Positions 19,600-29,389 of a DNA stretch of 64,000 nt are shown here, piece by piece. This DNA comes from Pseudomonadota bacterium (GTDB lineage: Bacteria > Pseudomonadota > Alphaproteobacteria > Sphingomonadales > Sphingomonadaceae). A program made the translations under genes and the position numbers. The stretch covers positions 30,572 through 94,571 of the forward strand of contig JBCAXQ010000001.1 in assembly GCA_038534015.1 (NCBI GenBank), in the 5' to 3' direction. The notes under the pieces were generated by a model. The model saw nothing but the letters and a program-made list of their open reading frames with translations. It was not told the origin of the DNA and searched no databases. How positions within the stretch are numbered: position 1 is the stretch's first letter; every line of letters starts with the position of its first letter.

Positions 19600-21834
19600 A
19601 TGAAACTCACACGTATTGAAGTTTTCAATTTCCGCAAGTTGCGGCGCGCCCGGTTGGACCTGTCGGACAAGCAGACGCTGCTCGTCGGGGCCAACAACAG
19701 CGGCAAGACATCGGCCATGAAGGCGCTGCGCAAATTCCTCAAGGATCGAGGCGGCATCGACACGCGCGATGTTGCAGCCTCCAACTGGGTCGCGATCGAA
19801 CAGATCGCGGGCGCCTGGACACAGGAGGCCGAAGCGGATCTCAGCCCGCTCCTGGCCCAGCTTCCGTTCCTCGACGTCTGGCTCCATGCTGACACGTCAG
19901 AGCTGCACCACGTCGCGCATCTGATACCAACACTTACCTGGACTGGCGGTCTGCTGGGCGTGCGCCTACGCCTGGAGCCAAAGAAGGGGGCGGACGTCAA
20001 GGCGCAGTACCTAGCCGCGCGAGAAGCCGCTCAGACGCTGCAGCCCGGCGGCGCAACGGCCAACGGGTTCGCGCTTTGGCCACGCGATTTTCGGGAATTT
20101 CTCGACAAACGCCTTAAGGACCTGTTCGAGCTCAACGCCCATCTTTTAGATCCCGCGAGCTTCACCAAGACAGGGCTGGTGGAGCCACATCCGCTGCCGC
20201 CTTTGTCGGAGGGGATCGGTGCGAACCCCTTTGCTAGCCTAATCCACATTCGTGAGATCAACGCGCAACGCGGTTTTGCAGATGCGGGGGACAATAAGGG
20301 CGACGACGATGAGGCGATGAACGCAACCACCCGCAAGATCGCCAGCCAGATACAACCCTATTTCCGCAAACATATCGACCCCGAAACGGACCCCACGCCG
20401 AACGACGTCAAAGCGCTCAAGGCGATCCATGATGCCGAAACCACCTTTAATTCCCGTCTCAAGGATGGCTTCGCCGATGCCATTAAGGAACTGGAGAATC
20501 TCGGCTACCCCGGCGGACTCAACAATCCGAAACTTTCCATTGCAACGCAGATCAAGCCCGTTGACGGGCTCGATCACCCGGCGGCCGTGCAATATGATGT
20601 CTCTGGCGACAAATCTGGGGTGAAACTGCCTGAAAGCTACAACGGCCTGGGTTTCCAGAACCTGATATCTATGGTGTTTCAGCTCATGCGCTTCCGCGAT
20701 GACTGGATGCAGGTGGGCAAGTTCAAATCGCAGGTGGTTACCCCGGACGACAGGGGTATCGAACCCCTGCAACTGGTGCTGATCGAGGAGCCGGAGGCGC
20801 ATCTGCATGTTCAGGTGCAGCAGGTCTTCATGGCCCGGGCTCACAAGGTGTTGCGCAACCACAAGGATCTGGAGAAGGAGGACTCGGCTTTTTCCACACA
20901 GCTGGTGATCAGCACCCATTCGGGCCACATCGCGCACGCCGCTTCGTTTGAGGAGCTACGCTATTTCAAGCGCGAACTGCCCATTCACGGAGTTGTGCCT
21001 ACGGCTAGTGTTGCAAACATGACGGGGCTCTTTGGCGCAGACAAAGAAACCCGTCGCTTCGTGACGCGCTATCTGCTGAGCACACACTTTGATCTGTTCT
21101 TCGCCGACGCCATCATCGTGATCGAGGGCGCTGCGGAGCGGATCCTGCTGCCGCATCTGATCCGGCATAACTACCCTGACCTGGCTGCGGCCTATCTGTC
21201 CTTCTTAGAGCTGGGGGGCAGCCACGCGCATCGGATGCGGCCTCTGATCGAGGCGCTGGAGCTGCCGACGCTGATCATCACCGATCTCGACGCGGTTGCG
21301 GAGGTCGACAAGGACGGAAATGTTGTCAAACAATCGGCCCAGCCCTGCTACGGGGCCGCACAGACCACCGCTAACCACGTGCTAAGGACCTGGCTCCCCA
21401 GTCTGGCGGAGGTCGACACGCTGTTGGATCCACCCGCCAATGCCCCGTGTCACACGGCCCTCGACCGCCCCATCGCGGTCAGCTACCAGACCCCGCAAAG
21501 CGTGACCCTTGGCGCGGTGACCGAGAACGTCACACCCAGCACCTTCGAGGATGCTCTTGCCCTGACCAACCCGAAAGCCGTGAAGGACGCCGCAGAGGCA
21601 GAGCTCGCCTGCCGCATGACCCGCGCCTTTGCCAAATCCATCGCCGCCGAGCCCACGCCTGAGGACCTCGCCACGGCGCTCTTTGATCGGTTGGCAAAAT
21701 ACCCGGAGAAAGCCGCCTTCGCGCTGGACCTCCTTTACATCGAGGACATCAAAGCGCTGCGCCCGCCGCCTTATATCGGCACCGGTCTGACCTGGCTCGC
21801 AGGCCAGCTGAATGGCGGCGAGGGCGCGCCGTGA
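19600..21834 (+). CDS. gajA: OLD-family ABC-ATPase/TOPRIM nuclease (Gabija GajA-like)
   Basis: GANNSGKT, GLGFQN, LIEEPEAHLH, STHS, IEGAAE and ITDLD; coupled to a UvrD gene. Confidence 0.85.
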   Translation: MKLTRIEVFNFRKLRRARLDLSDKQTLLVGANNSGKTSAMKALRKFLKDRGGIDTRDVAASNWVAIEQIAGAWTQEAEADLSPLLAQLPFLDVWLHADTSELHHVAHLIPTLTWTGGLLGVRLRLEPKKGADVKAQYLAAREAAQTLQPGGATANGFALWPRDFREFLDKRLKDLFELNAHLLDPASFTKTGLVEPHPLPPLSEGIGANPFASLIHIREINAQRGFADAGDNKGDDDEAMNATTRKIASQIQPYFRKHIDPETDPTPNDVKALKAIHDAETTFNSRLKDGFADAIKELENLGYPGGLNNPKLSIATQIKPVDGLDHPAAVQYDVSGDKSGVKLPESYNGLGFQNLISMVFQLMRFRDDWMQVGKFKSQVVTPDDRGIEPLQLVLIEEPEAHLHVQVQQVFMARAHKVLRNHKDLEKEDSAFSTQLVISTHSGHIAHAASFEELRYFKRELPIHGVVPTASVANMTGLFGADKETRRFVTRYLLSTHFDLFFADAIIVIEGAAERILLPHLIRHNYPDLAAAYLSFLELGGSHAHRMRPLIEALELPTLIITDLDAVAEVDKDGNVVKQSAQPCYGAAQTTANHVLRTWLPSLAEVDTLLDPPANAPCHTALDRPIAVSYQTPQSVTLGAVTENVTPSTFEDALALTNPKAVKDAAEAELACRMTRAFAKSIAAEPTPEDLATALFDRLAKYPEKAAFALDLLYIEDIKALRPPPYIGTGLTWLAGQLNGGEGAP

Positions 21835-23819
21835 CGGACGTGACCGACGCCACCCGCGACGCCAGCGCCGACGCAACGATCCGCGCCTGCCTGTCCATCA
21901 CCGCGCCGCACAGTTTCTTTCTGTTCGCCGGGGCGGGGTCGGGCAAGACGCGCTCTCTCAAGGACGCGTTGGAGGGGTTGGACACAGCGACACTGACGAC
22001 CTTGCGCAAACACAGCCGCAAGATCGCTGTGATCACCTATACGAACGCCGCCGCAGATGAGATCACGCGCCGCGTCAAAGCCGATCCGGTGTTTCAGGTG
22101 CAGACCATCCACAGCTTCGCCTGGTCACTCATCGAGGGGCGCACGGCGGATATCCGGGGCTGGCTGAAAGGCCGCTTGCAGACCGAGATCGACGAGATCC
22201 AGGCGGCCCATGCGAAGGGCCGGGCGGGCACCGACGCCCATGCCAAACGCCTCAAAAACATGGCCTCCAAGACAAAGCGGCTGGAGCGCCTGGCGGAGAT
22301 CCGCGCCTTCACCTATGCGCCCGAGGGGGATAATTTCGGCCGCGACGCGCTGCAACATGCCGAGGTCATCGCGCTCGCTGCGCATTTCCTGACCGAAAGC
22401 GAGACGTTCCAGAATATCGTCCTGGCGCGCTACCCGTTCATCCTGATCGACGAGAGCCAGGACACAATGAAACCCTTGATGGAGGCGCTTTTGACCTTCG
22501 AGGCGCGTCATCGCGGGCGCATTGCCCTGGGGTTGCTCGGGGACACGATGCAGCGCATCTACACCGATGGGTTGCGCGATCTCGATCAGCGGGTGGGGGA
22601 TTTCGCGCAACCGGCCAAACAGATGAACCACCGCAGCCGCGCGCGGATCGTGGAACTGGCGAATGCGATCCGGCGCGACGATGATGGCCGCCAGCAGCGG
22701 GCGCGCGAAGACAAGCCTGGTGGCACCGTGCGCGTCTTTCTTGCGCCAAGCGAGGGCACGGATCGCGCGGCCTTTGAAGCCTCCACCCGCGCAGAGATGG
22801 CCCGCATTACTGAAGACCTCGCATGGCAGGACACAGAAGCGATCAAGACTCTCACGATAGAGCGTCACATGGCCGCCGCGCGTCTTGGTTTCAGTGAACT
22901 GTTTGAGCCCCTAAGCAAACCTGACAAGCTCAAGGATGGGTTTCGCGATGGCACCTTGCCCGCGATGCGGCTTTTCACTCATCGGGTCTTACCTTTGGTG
23001 ACGGCACAAAGAACCGGCGATGCCTTTGCCGCGATGGCGGTGCTGCGGGACAACTCACCGCTCGTCGACAAGAGGCACATCCGGGCAGCGCCAGGCGACC
23101 AGGCCACTGGCCTCGATGCGGCACAGGCGGGCGTCGCGGCGCTGATGATGCTGTTTAATGGCGACCTGGACCCGAGCTGCGCCGAGGTGTTGGCGATCGT
23201 GGCCGAGCATCGGCTGTTCCCAGTCCCCGACCAGCTTCAACCCTGTTTGCCTGCCGATTTGCCCCCGGGCTTGGGTATGACTGACATTTTCGCCGATTCT
23301 GAACTAAGTTTGGACGGGCGGAACCTGTCCACGTTCGAGGCTAAAGCTACCGCCGAAACCGATATCATTGAAGCTTGGACACAGGCGCTTGAAGCGCCGT
23401 TTTCCCAGGTGGCGCGCTATCTCGACTATGTCGAAGACCGCAGCCCCTTTGGCACCCATCAAGGAGTCAAAGGGCTTGAGTTTTCCCGCGTCATGGTCAT
23501 CGCCGACGATGCCCACACTCGCTTCAAAGGCCTTGCCTCTTACGAGACGCTGTTCAGAGTAAAGCGCCTGAGCCGAGACGCCCAGAAGAAGGCGGACAAA
23601 GGCGAAGAAACCACGATCGAGCGCACCCGCCGCTTGCTCTATGTCACCTGCGCTCGCGCGGAAGAGAGCCTCGCGCTTGTGCTCTATTCCGAAGCCCCTG
23701 ACACGATCCGCAGGTTTCTGATCTCCAACGGATGGATGGCCGAGGACGAGGTCTTGATAGCTGCGCCCGGAGGCACCTCTTTGGTTGGCAAGGCATCGCC
23801 AAGGATAAATACTAGATAA
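21831..23819 (+). CDS. gajB: UvrD-like helicase (Gabija GajB-like)
   Basis: AGAGSGKT, TYTNAA, TIHSF, DESQD, GDTMQRIY, THQGVKGLEF and YVTCARA; GTGA overlap with the OLD gene. Confidence 0.85.
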   Translation: MTDVTDATRDASADATIRACLSITAPHSFFLFAGAGSGKTRSLKDALEGLDTATLTTLRKHSRKIAVITYTNAAADEITRRVKADPVFQVQTIHSFAWSLIEGRTADIRGWLKGRLQTEIDEIQAAHAKGRAGTDAHAKRLKNMASKTKRLERLAEIRAFTYAPEGDNFGRDALQHAEVIALAAHFLTESETFQNIVLARYPFILIDESQDTMKPLMEALLTFEARHRGRIALGLLGDTMQRIYTDGLRDLDQRVGDFAQPAKQMNHRSRARIVELANAIRRDDDGRQQRAREDKPGGTVRVFLAPSEGTDRAAFEASTRAEMARITEDLAWQDTEAIKTLTIERHMAAARLGFSELFEPLSKPDKLKDGFRDGTLPAMRLFTHRVLPLVTAQRTGDAFAAMAVLRDNSPLVDKRHIRAAPGDQATGLDAAQAGVAALMMLFNGDLDPSCAEVLAIVAEHRLFPVPDQLQPCLPADLPPGLGMTDIFADSELSLDGRNLSTFEAKATAETDIIEAWTQALEAPFSQVARYLDYVEDRSPFGTHQGVKGLEFSRVMVIADDAHTRFKGLASYETLFRVKRLSRDAQKKADKGEETTIERTRRLLYVTCARAEESLALVLYSEAPDTIRRFLISNGWMAEDEVLIAAPGGTSLVGKASPRINTR

Positions 23820-23830
23820 CTGACACTCTT

Positions 23831-23895
23831 AATGTCTGCTTCCGGGAAGCTGCACTGCAGCGACGTAAGTCGCTGCCGACGTCAACTTTGGGCCG
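23831..23895 (+). repeat. 65-bp intergenic repeat copy
   Basis: AATGTCTGCTTCCGGGAAGCTGCACTGCAGCG...GACGTCAACTTTGGGCCG; aligns without gaps to 26304 and 28333. Confidence 0.75.
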
Positions 23896-23986
23896 TTTCA
23901 AATGTTGAATTTGAAGAACCTAACCTCAACTTTTCTGACTTCTCCGGTATTAATAGTTTGTATTCATTTTGTTTGCCTCCCAGTCG

Positions 23987-25564
23987 TTAGTGCGAGCCAG
24001 AAGATGCCACTGGCACCACCCCGTCGTCGGTCAGTTTATATTCGAAATGGAACCAGCGGTCCTTGGGGCTGTTGTTCTCTTTCTTGAAGGCGGTGACCAT
24101 CCGGTCCCCATCAGTCTTGAGATAGATCGCGCCATAAACCTGCACGTTTGAGCGCGCAAGCCGCGCGATAAGTGTCTCGATACTGTCCGGCAACGCCTCG
24201 CCCGCCAAGTCCGCCGCGGTCGTCCCACGCAGGGCCTTGCGCAGGGCATTCGCGTCTTCGAAATCATCGTCTGCGCGCGACCCGCGCTGCAACTCGGTTG
24301 ACAGAAGCACCGGCGCCGCGCCCTGGCTCAGCTTACCCAAACGGCCCAAGAGATCTGGGCGCGGGTGCACATAGCCCCCGCTTTCCCCAGAAGAGATGAC
24401 GTAAGCTGCCGGGTTCACAGCGCGGATAAAGGCATCCGTCACATCCGCAGATCCATGGTGGCAGGCCTTCATCACAGTGGAGTTCAGCGCAGGGCGAGCC
24501 GCTCGCGTGAGCGCATTCAATTCGACCTCCAGCGCCTCCTCGGTCTGAAAATCGCCCCGTCTGGACAGTTTGGGAAACGCATCGCGCCCAGCATAGGAAG
24601 CCAAAATATGCTGCTCGGCAGGGGCGTTAAGATCTCCGCCGAAGAACACAGAGAAGCGCCCGTATTCTAACCGCATCAAGATGGAGTTGCCGTTTTTCGT
24701 CACGCCGTGATCGCCATACACCGGAAGCGATTTGCGTCCCTGCGCATCGCGCTCATAGAGCGGCCCCAGAAGCTCGATTTGGTAATCTCGTCCATCTGCA
24801 GGTCCAAAGCCGGGCAGAAAGGCCTGCGAGCCTCCGTCGTTCGGGTTTTCCCGCCCCAAGAAGGCGGTGGGACCCCAGCGCGGATCCTGCAAGAACTCCT
24901 CCGCGAACTCGGCGAAATCGCCGAGAGGGTTCGGGTCCGAAAATGCTTTCCGAAAGCCGGCGTCATCCTCCGGGAAGTCCCGATAATGTTTGCCGCGTTT
25001 CGTGCCCAAGCGCTCGGCCTTCCTGCGCTTCACCCGCGTACCACCCGGCCCGTCATAGCTGGACGCCGTCTCCATCAGCCCGTTGTGATACACGTGCTTG
25101 AATCCCGCCATGCCGACGAGGTCGCGAAACCCGCCGTAGTGATCTTCGTCGCAATGGGTGATGATCGCTGCATGGAAATCGAGATGGGGCATATACTTGC
25201 CAAACCGCCCGCCCAAAAACCGGGCCATCATATCGTCCTTGCCCGCGTCGATCACGATGATCGCCTCGCCGGCGCCGGGCTCTGGCGTAATCAAGACCGC
25301 GCCATCGCCCTGGCCTACATCGACGAAGATGATCTCAAGGGGCCGTTCGTTCACCGCATCGGCGCGCGGGAAGAATGCAACCTGCGCACCCCACTTGATC
25401 TCGAGCCACTCCGAGTCGCTGTCGTCCGTGACATTCAGGAAGTCACCCCAGAAGACTTCTTTGATCTTTTGATTGGACGCTCGGGATTTGGACTTAAAGA
25501 TATACTTTTTCCGGTACTTGGTTTCGCCGTCTGGCTTGAAGCCGACAAAAAAATTCTGAGCCAT
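23987..25564 (-). CDS. ComEC/Rec2-type MBL-fold metallohydrolase (soluble)
   Basis: DVGQGDG, IDAG, THCDEDHYGG, NGNSI, GGDLN, KACHHGS and HPR motifs; no transmembrane domain. Confidence 0.88.
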   Translation of the reverse strand: MAQNFFVGFKPDGETKYRKKYIFKSKSRASNQKIKEVFWGDFLNVTDDSDSEWLEIKWGAQVAFFPRADAVNERPLEIIFVDVGQGDGAVLITPEPGAGEAIIVIDAGKDDMMARFLGGRFGKYMPHLDFHAAIITHCDEDHYGGFRDLVGMAGFKHVYHNGLMETASSYDGPGGTRVKRRKAERLGTKRGKHYRDFPEDDAGFRKAFSDPNPLGDFAEFAEEFLQDPRWGPTAFLGRENPNDGGSQAFLPGFGPADGRDYQIELLGPLYERDAQGRKSLPVYGDHGVTKNGNSILMRLEYGRFSVFFGGDLNAPAEQHILASYAGRDAFPKLSRRGDFQTEEALEVELNALTRAARPALNSTVMKACHHGSADVTDAFIRAVNPAAYVISSGESGGYVHPRPDLLGRLGKLSQGAAPVLLSTELQRGSRADDDFEDANALRKALRGTTAADLAGEALPDSIETLIARLARSNVQVYGAIYLKTDGDRMVTAFKKENNSPKDRWFHFEYKLTDDGVVPVASSGSH

Positions 25565-25883
25565 TGGTACCCTCCTCTATTCTTTGAAACTCTTGATCTG
25601 CTCAGATTGCACGCAAATGGACGTTGTTGCATGCACTTTGCAGCCTTAGCGCCACCTAATTCAATTTGAGTTGGGAATGTAACGAACACGTCAGTTTGTG
25701 GTTCCTCCGAAACGCATTGGAGGAAAGGCGAGTTCGCCACAGCCAATGACATCATCCCGAAGTTTCTTCGATAAACTGCAGGGTCATTGGCCTCACGTTC
25801 AAATCTGAGCATCATTCGAATAACGGCTTCGACACGAAGCACTGCGGTATCCGGAATCTCAAATCGATGGCAGCAATGGGCCG

Positions 25884-26264
25884 TCAGCCAAGGAAAGCAA
25901 TTGCAACACCAAGTGCACCCAAAAAAACCGAAGTCAGCGCTAGCCATGCCGGAACATGAACCGCTGGATCACGGCTCTTCAGCAGCCAACATACTTTGCT
26001 AAACCAAAAAACTTCTTCAATCGAAAACTCTAGTTCGGCACCCTTATCTACCCCAAGAGCATCTCTGATATCGTAGGGCATGAAGATTGCGGAATCATCA
26101 TCGTGGCCAAGAACTAAGACGTGTTCGAATTTTCTGTTCTCGACGTTCGTCAGTCGTGCAATGCCATAACGCAGGATGTCGGGCCGGTACTTAGCATTCA
26201 AGCGTACCAGCAAACGACCAGAGTCGTTAGGTGGGAGCGCTTTCACTGGTAGTTTCGTCATCAC
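25884..26264 (-). CDS. Small protein with a possible double-psi beta-barrel domain and C-terminal membrane anchor
   Basis: IFMPYDIRDALGVDKG resembles CDC48_N/AbrB-type GD-box elements; hydrophobic C-terminus. Confidence 0.5.
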   Translation of the reverse strand: MMTKLPVKALPPNDSGRLLVRLNAKYRPDILRYGIARLTNVENRKFEHVLVLGHDDDSAIFMPYDIRDALGVDKGAELEFSIEEVFWFSKVCWLLKSRDPAVHVPAWLALTSVFLGALGVAIAFLG

Positions 26265-26303
26265 TCACAGCTCATTTCATGTCGGTGTGGTCACGTACCA
26301 TGC

Positions 26304-26368
26304 TACGTCCGCTTTGGGGAGGCTGCACTGCAGCGATGAGATACGTGATGAACGGCAGGATTGGGCCG
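26304..26368 (+). repeat. 65-bp intergenic repeat copy
   Basis: TACGTCCGCTTTGGGGAGGCTGCACTGCAGCG...AACGGCAGGATTGGGCCG. Confidence 0.75.
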
Positions 26369-26384
26369 TTATAGCCTTGTTGCA

Positions 26385-27245
26385 TCATGCCCTCGCCATA
26401 TGCTGGACGAGCGAGGTCAGCTGCCTGTCGCCATGGCCGTCATTCCAGGCTGCCCTCGTGCGGTCATGCATCAACTGGATGAACTCGGCTGGAGCGTTTG
26501 CAGACTGGTAAGTCTTTAGCGCATCCTCTTGCGCCAAAGTATAAACTTTCAACGAGGCTTCGGCATTGTCATAGTCTTCGGTCGGAACAGTTCTAGCGAA
26601 GAGATCATAGTAGTCATTGACCAATTTGATCGTGGCAGGAAGCTGGTCGACATAAACCTGCATCGGGATGCCCGCTTTCTGGCAGACAAGCGCACCGTAG
26701 ATCATTCCGAACATAAACCCTTGCCGAACCGTGAAGAGGCCGGCGAAGAGCGCGGCAAGCGCCGCTGGTTTCTCTCCGACATGGGCGGACTTTCCCCCCA
26801 GTTTTTTGATGATGCCGCCATAACGGTCCCAGGTTCCAGCACTGCCCACCGTGAGGATCGTGGTTTCGTCGCCACCAATGCCGGAAGGGTAGGCATTGAT
26901 CATACCAAGCATGTAGCCAGCTCCCTTGGTCTCCAGGACGGCGACCAGTCTGTCGGCATCCGAGGTATCGCCCGTGCTCATGTCGCAGATGGTCTTACCC
27001 TTTAGCGAAACACTCAGCGCATTGACCAATTCAACAGATTCCTCGTGGCCCTTAATACAGATGATGACAAAATCAGACGTCGAAACGGCGTCGTCTTGGG
27101 AGGCGCAGATCGTGGCGCCAGTCTCGGCGAAAACCTCTGCCTTTTCCGGGGTGCGGTTCCAAACGCTGACATCGTGGCCTGCATTGAGCAGGCAATGCGC
27201 CAGCGCTGACCCCATGTTGCCCAGTCCCAATACAGCAAGTTTTAT
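26385..27245 (-). CDS. NAD(P)-dependent oxidoreductase, beta-HAD/imine-reductase-like
   Basis: KLAVLGLGNMG and VWNRT motifs; the codon 8 nt after GGAGG is ATA (27245), not ATG. Confidence 0.8.
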   Translation of the reverse strand: MKLAVLGLGNMGSALAHCLLNAGHDVSVWNRTPEKAEVFAETGATICASQDDAVSTSDFVIICIKGHEESVELVNALSVSLKGKTICDMSTGDTSDADRLVAVLETKGAGYMLGMINAYPSGIGGDETTILTVGSAGTWDRYGGIIKKLGGKSAHVGEKPAALAALFAGLFTVRQGFMFGMIYGALVCQKAGIPMQVYVDQLPATIKLVNDYYDLFARTVPTEDYDNAEASLKVYTLAQEDALKTYQSANAPAEFIQLMHDRTRAAWNDGHGDRQLTSLVQHMARA

Positions 27246-27349
27246 GATGTTAGCCTCCGGTGTTCGCCAGTGATTTCTGCACCAGCATGCGCCGGCATCA
27301 GGAATTCACATAGTTGTAAATTCTTCTATACTGTTAGATGGTCTAACTT

Positions 27350-28267
27350 ATGGATTGGCGCACGCTTCCCTCGTTGACATCTCTCAGAGCCTTCGCCGCT
27401 GCTGCAGAGTTTGGAAATCTGACCCGGGCGGCAGAAGCATTGAGCGTGACCCATTCCGCAGTAAGCCAGCAAATTCGCGGGCTCGAACAACATCTTGGCA
27501 CTCGGCTTATCACGCGTACCCGACATGGCATTTCTCTGACATCGCAAGGCGAATTCCTGTCGGCTAGCCTCCTTGAAGCCTTCGCTGAAATGGCCTCCGT
27601 GACCGAGAGCGTGTCGAGTGCGGAGGCGGTTCGACCGATGGTGGTCAGCGCGACCCCGATGTTTTCAAGCGCGTTCCTCATGCCGCGTCTGTCGACGTTT
27701 ATTGACGAATTCCCCAATATCGAATTGAGGATCGATTCAACGATCCAGGCTGTCGACCTCATTCCGGGCGGAATTGATATGGCCATCCGATACGGAACAG
27801 GTCACTGGCCAGGGCTTGTCTCGCAGATGCTGCTACCCGGCTGTCTGACGGTCGTCGCGTCCCGCGAACTAATCGGAAACCGGGTGCTCACGGAACCTGC
27901 AGAACTGCTTGAGTTTCCTCTTCTTCAGGAACAGGCGTCGGTCGAGTTTGATCTGTGGCTGGAAAAGGTCGGAGTCCCGCCCGAAGCGGATCGGAGAGTG
28001 GTCCGCATGCCGGGCAACATGCTGCTGGATGGCATCCGCCGAAGTGACGGTGTCGGAGCAACGGTACCGGCCTTTATCTCTAACGAGTTGAAGTCAGGAC
28101 AACTCGTGGCGCTGTTTGACGATCCAATACCGCAGATCGGCTATTACCTTGTCACGCTACCTGGTTCGGTTCGGCCAGCGGCAATGCTGTTCATGCAGTG
28201 GCTTTCGAAATCAATCACTGAATATGAAAAACGCCTATTCCGATGGACACCCGCTCACTTGCTGTAG
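27350..28267 (+). CDS. LysR family regulator (GcvA-like)
   Basis: LPSLTSLRAF...TRAAEALSVTHSAVSQQIRGLE and DMAIRYG.G.WPGL. Confidence 0.93.
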   Translation: MDWRTLPSLTSLRAFAAAAEFGNLTRAAEALSVTHSAVSQQIRGLEQHLGTRLITRTRHGISLTSQGEFLSASLLEAFAEMASVTESVSSAEAVRPMVVSATPMFSSAFLMPRLSTFIDEFPNIELRIDSTIQAVDLIPGGIDMAIRYGTGHWPGLVSQMLLPGCLTVVASRELIGNRVLTEPAELLEFPLLQEQASVEFDLWLEKVGVPPEADRRVVRMPGNMLLDGIRRSDGVGATVPAFISNELKSGQLVALFDDPIPQIGYYLVTLPGSVRPAAMLFMQWLSKSITEYEKRLFRWTPAHLL

Positions 28268-28332
28268 ACGGTAAGAGTTAAACCGGATCTGATCTTGCAA
28301 AAAAACGGCCCGATAATGCTGCTCGGTGAATG

Positions 28333-28397
28333 AATGTCCGATCTACGAATACCGCACTGCGGCGCCAGTGGCTGCGGTGAATGTCCGGATCGGGCCG
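28333..28397 (+). repeat. 65-bp intergenic repeat copy
   Basis: AATGTCCG at positions 1 and 48, central CCGCACTGCGG, terminal GGGCCG. Confidence 0.75.
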
Positions 28398-28543
28398 TCC
28401 GTTGATACCTCAGGTTCGGGCGTAGTTTCGATCGCTGATGGCCAGCCGGTGTGCGCCAACTTCAGACATTGGGTGGGCGTCAGTGTTCATGTTGTTCATG
28501 GCGTTTCTCCTTGTAGAGTGGGGTCTGACTAACATATCTGCCG

Positions 28544-29389
28544 CTATGCGCCGGCCTCGATGCGCTTCACAGCATCGTCGGTCCACCACACGGCATTGGC
28601 GATCATCCGAAAGTTGATGAGAGCGGCCAGATATCCGTCGCCTTCGGGGACCTTGGCGCCCGCGGTCGCATCGCGGACAACTGCGACCTCGAAGCCTGTC
28701 TCCAGCAGTTCGCGCATATGGCTCTCGACGCAGAGATTGGCAGACATACCGGCAAGGACGACCTTGTCGATGCCAATCTTGCGCAACTGGAGGACGAGAT
28801 CGTTCTGCTCAGGTCGGTAGACTTTGTGGGGAGAGCAGATGATGGTTTTACCATCCTCAATGTACTGTTTGTATTGTGGCATCCAATCGGCACCTGAGCC
28901 TTCGAAGCCGGTCAGATTCAGAGGGCCCGAGCGATCGAACATCTTGATGGAATGCATGACGCGTTCGAGCGTACCCTCGAAATGCCATTTATGGTCCTGC
29001 GGAAAATAATAATGAGGAGAGATGACAACTGGCATCTCTGCTGTTTTCGCAGTCGCGAACAGGCGTTCCAGATTCTTGACAACGCCGTGTTCTTCGACGC
29101 TCTCTCCGACAACACCCCAAGCAACACCTTCGGGATCCAGAAAGTCGATCTGAGGATCCACGACGACCAACGCCGTCCTGCCGGGAACGATCTCCATGTC
29201 ACTCTGTGGCAACCCAGGGTCAGACGGGTCCGCATAAGCCGCGGGAGTTGCGGCCATGACGGAGGACGCGTCTGCGGCAAGCCCACCAACCGCCGCGGCG
29301 GCAAGAGCGGAAGCCTGCATCAGTCGCCTGCGGTTCGGATCAATATCACTCTGTGTGTTACCTTCTGTTTGCTCTGGTTCTTTCGTCAT
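28544..29389 (-). CDS. Tat-exported isochorismatase-family cysteine hydrolase
   Basis: RRRLM twin-arginine leader; TALVVVDPQIDF, HK and GMSANLCVESH. Confidence 0.9.
   Translation of the reverse strand: MTKEPEQTEGNTQSDIDPNRRRLMQASALAAAAVGGLAADASSVMAATPAAYADPSDPGLPQSDMEIVPGRTALVVVDPQIDFLDPEGVAWGVVGESVEEHGVVKNLERLFATAKTAEMPVVISPHYYFPQDHKWHFEGTLERVMHSIKMFDRSGPLNLTGFEGSGADWMPQYKQYIEDGKTIICSPHKVYRPEQNDLVLQLRKIGIDKVVLAGMSANLCVESHMRELLETGFEVAVVRDATAGAKVPEGDGYLAALINFRMIANAVWWTDDAVKRIEAGA

Noticed and set aside
23831-28397. 65-bp repeats as integron attC sites
   Set aside because: No RYYYAAC/GTTRRRY ends, no full-length inverted symmetry, and no integron integrase in the window.
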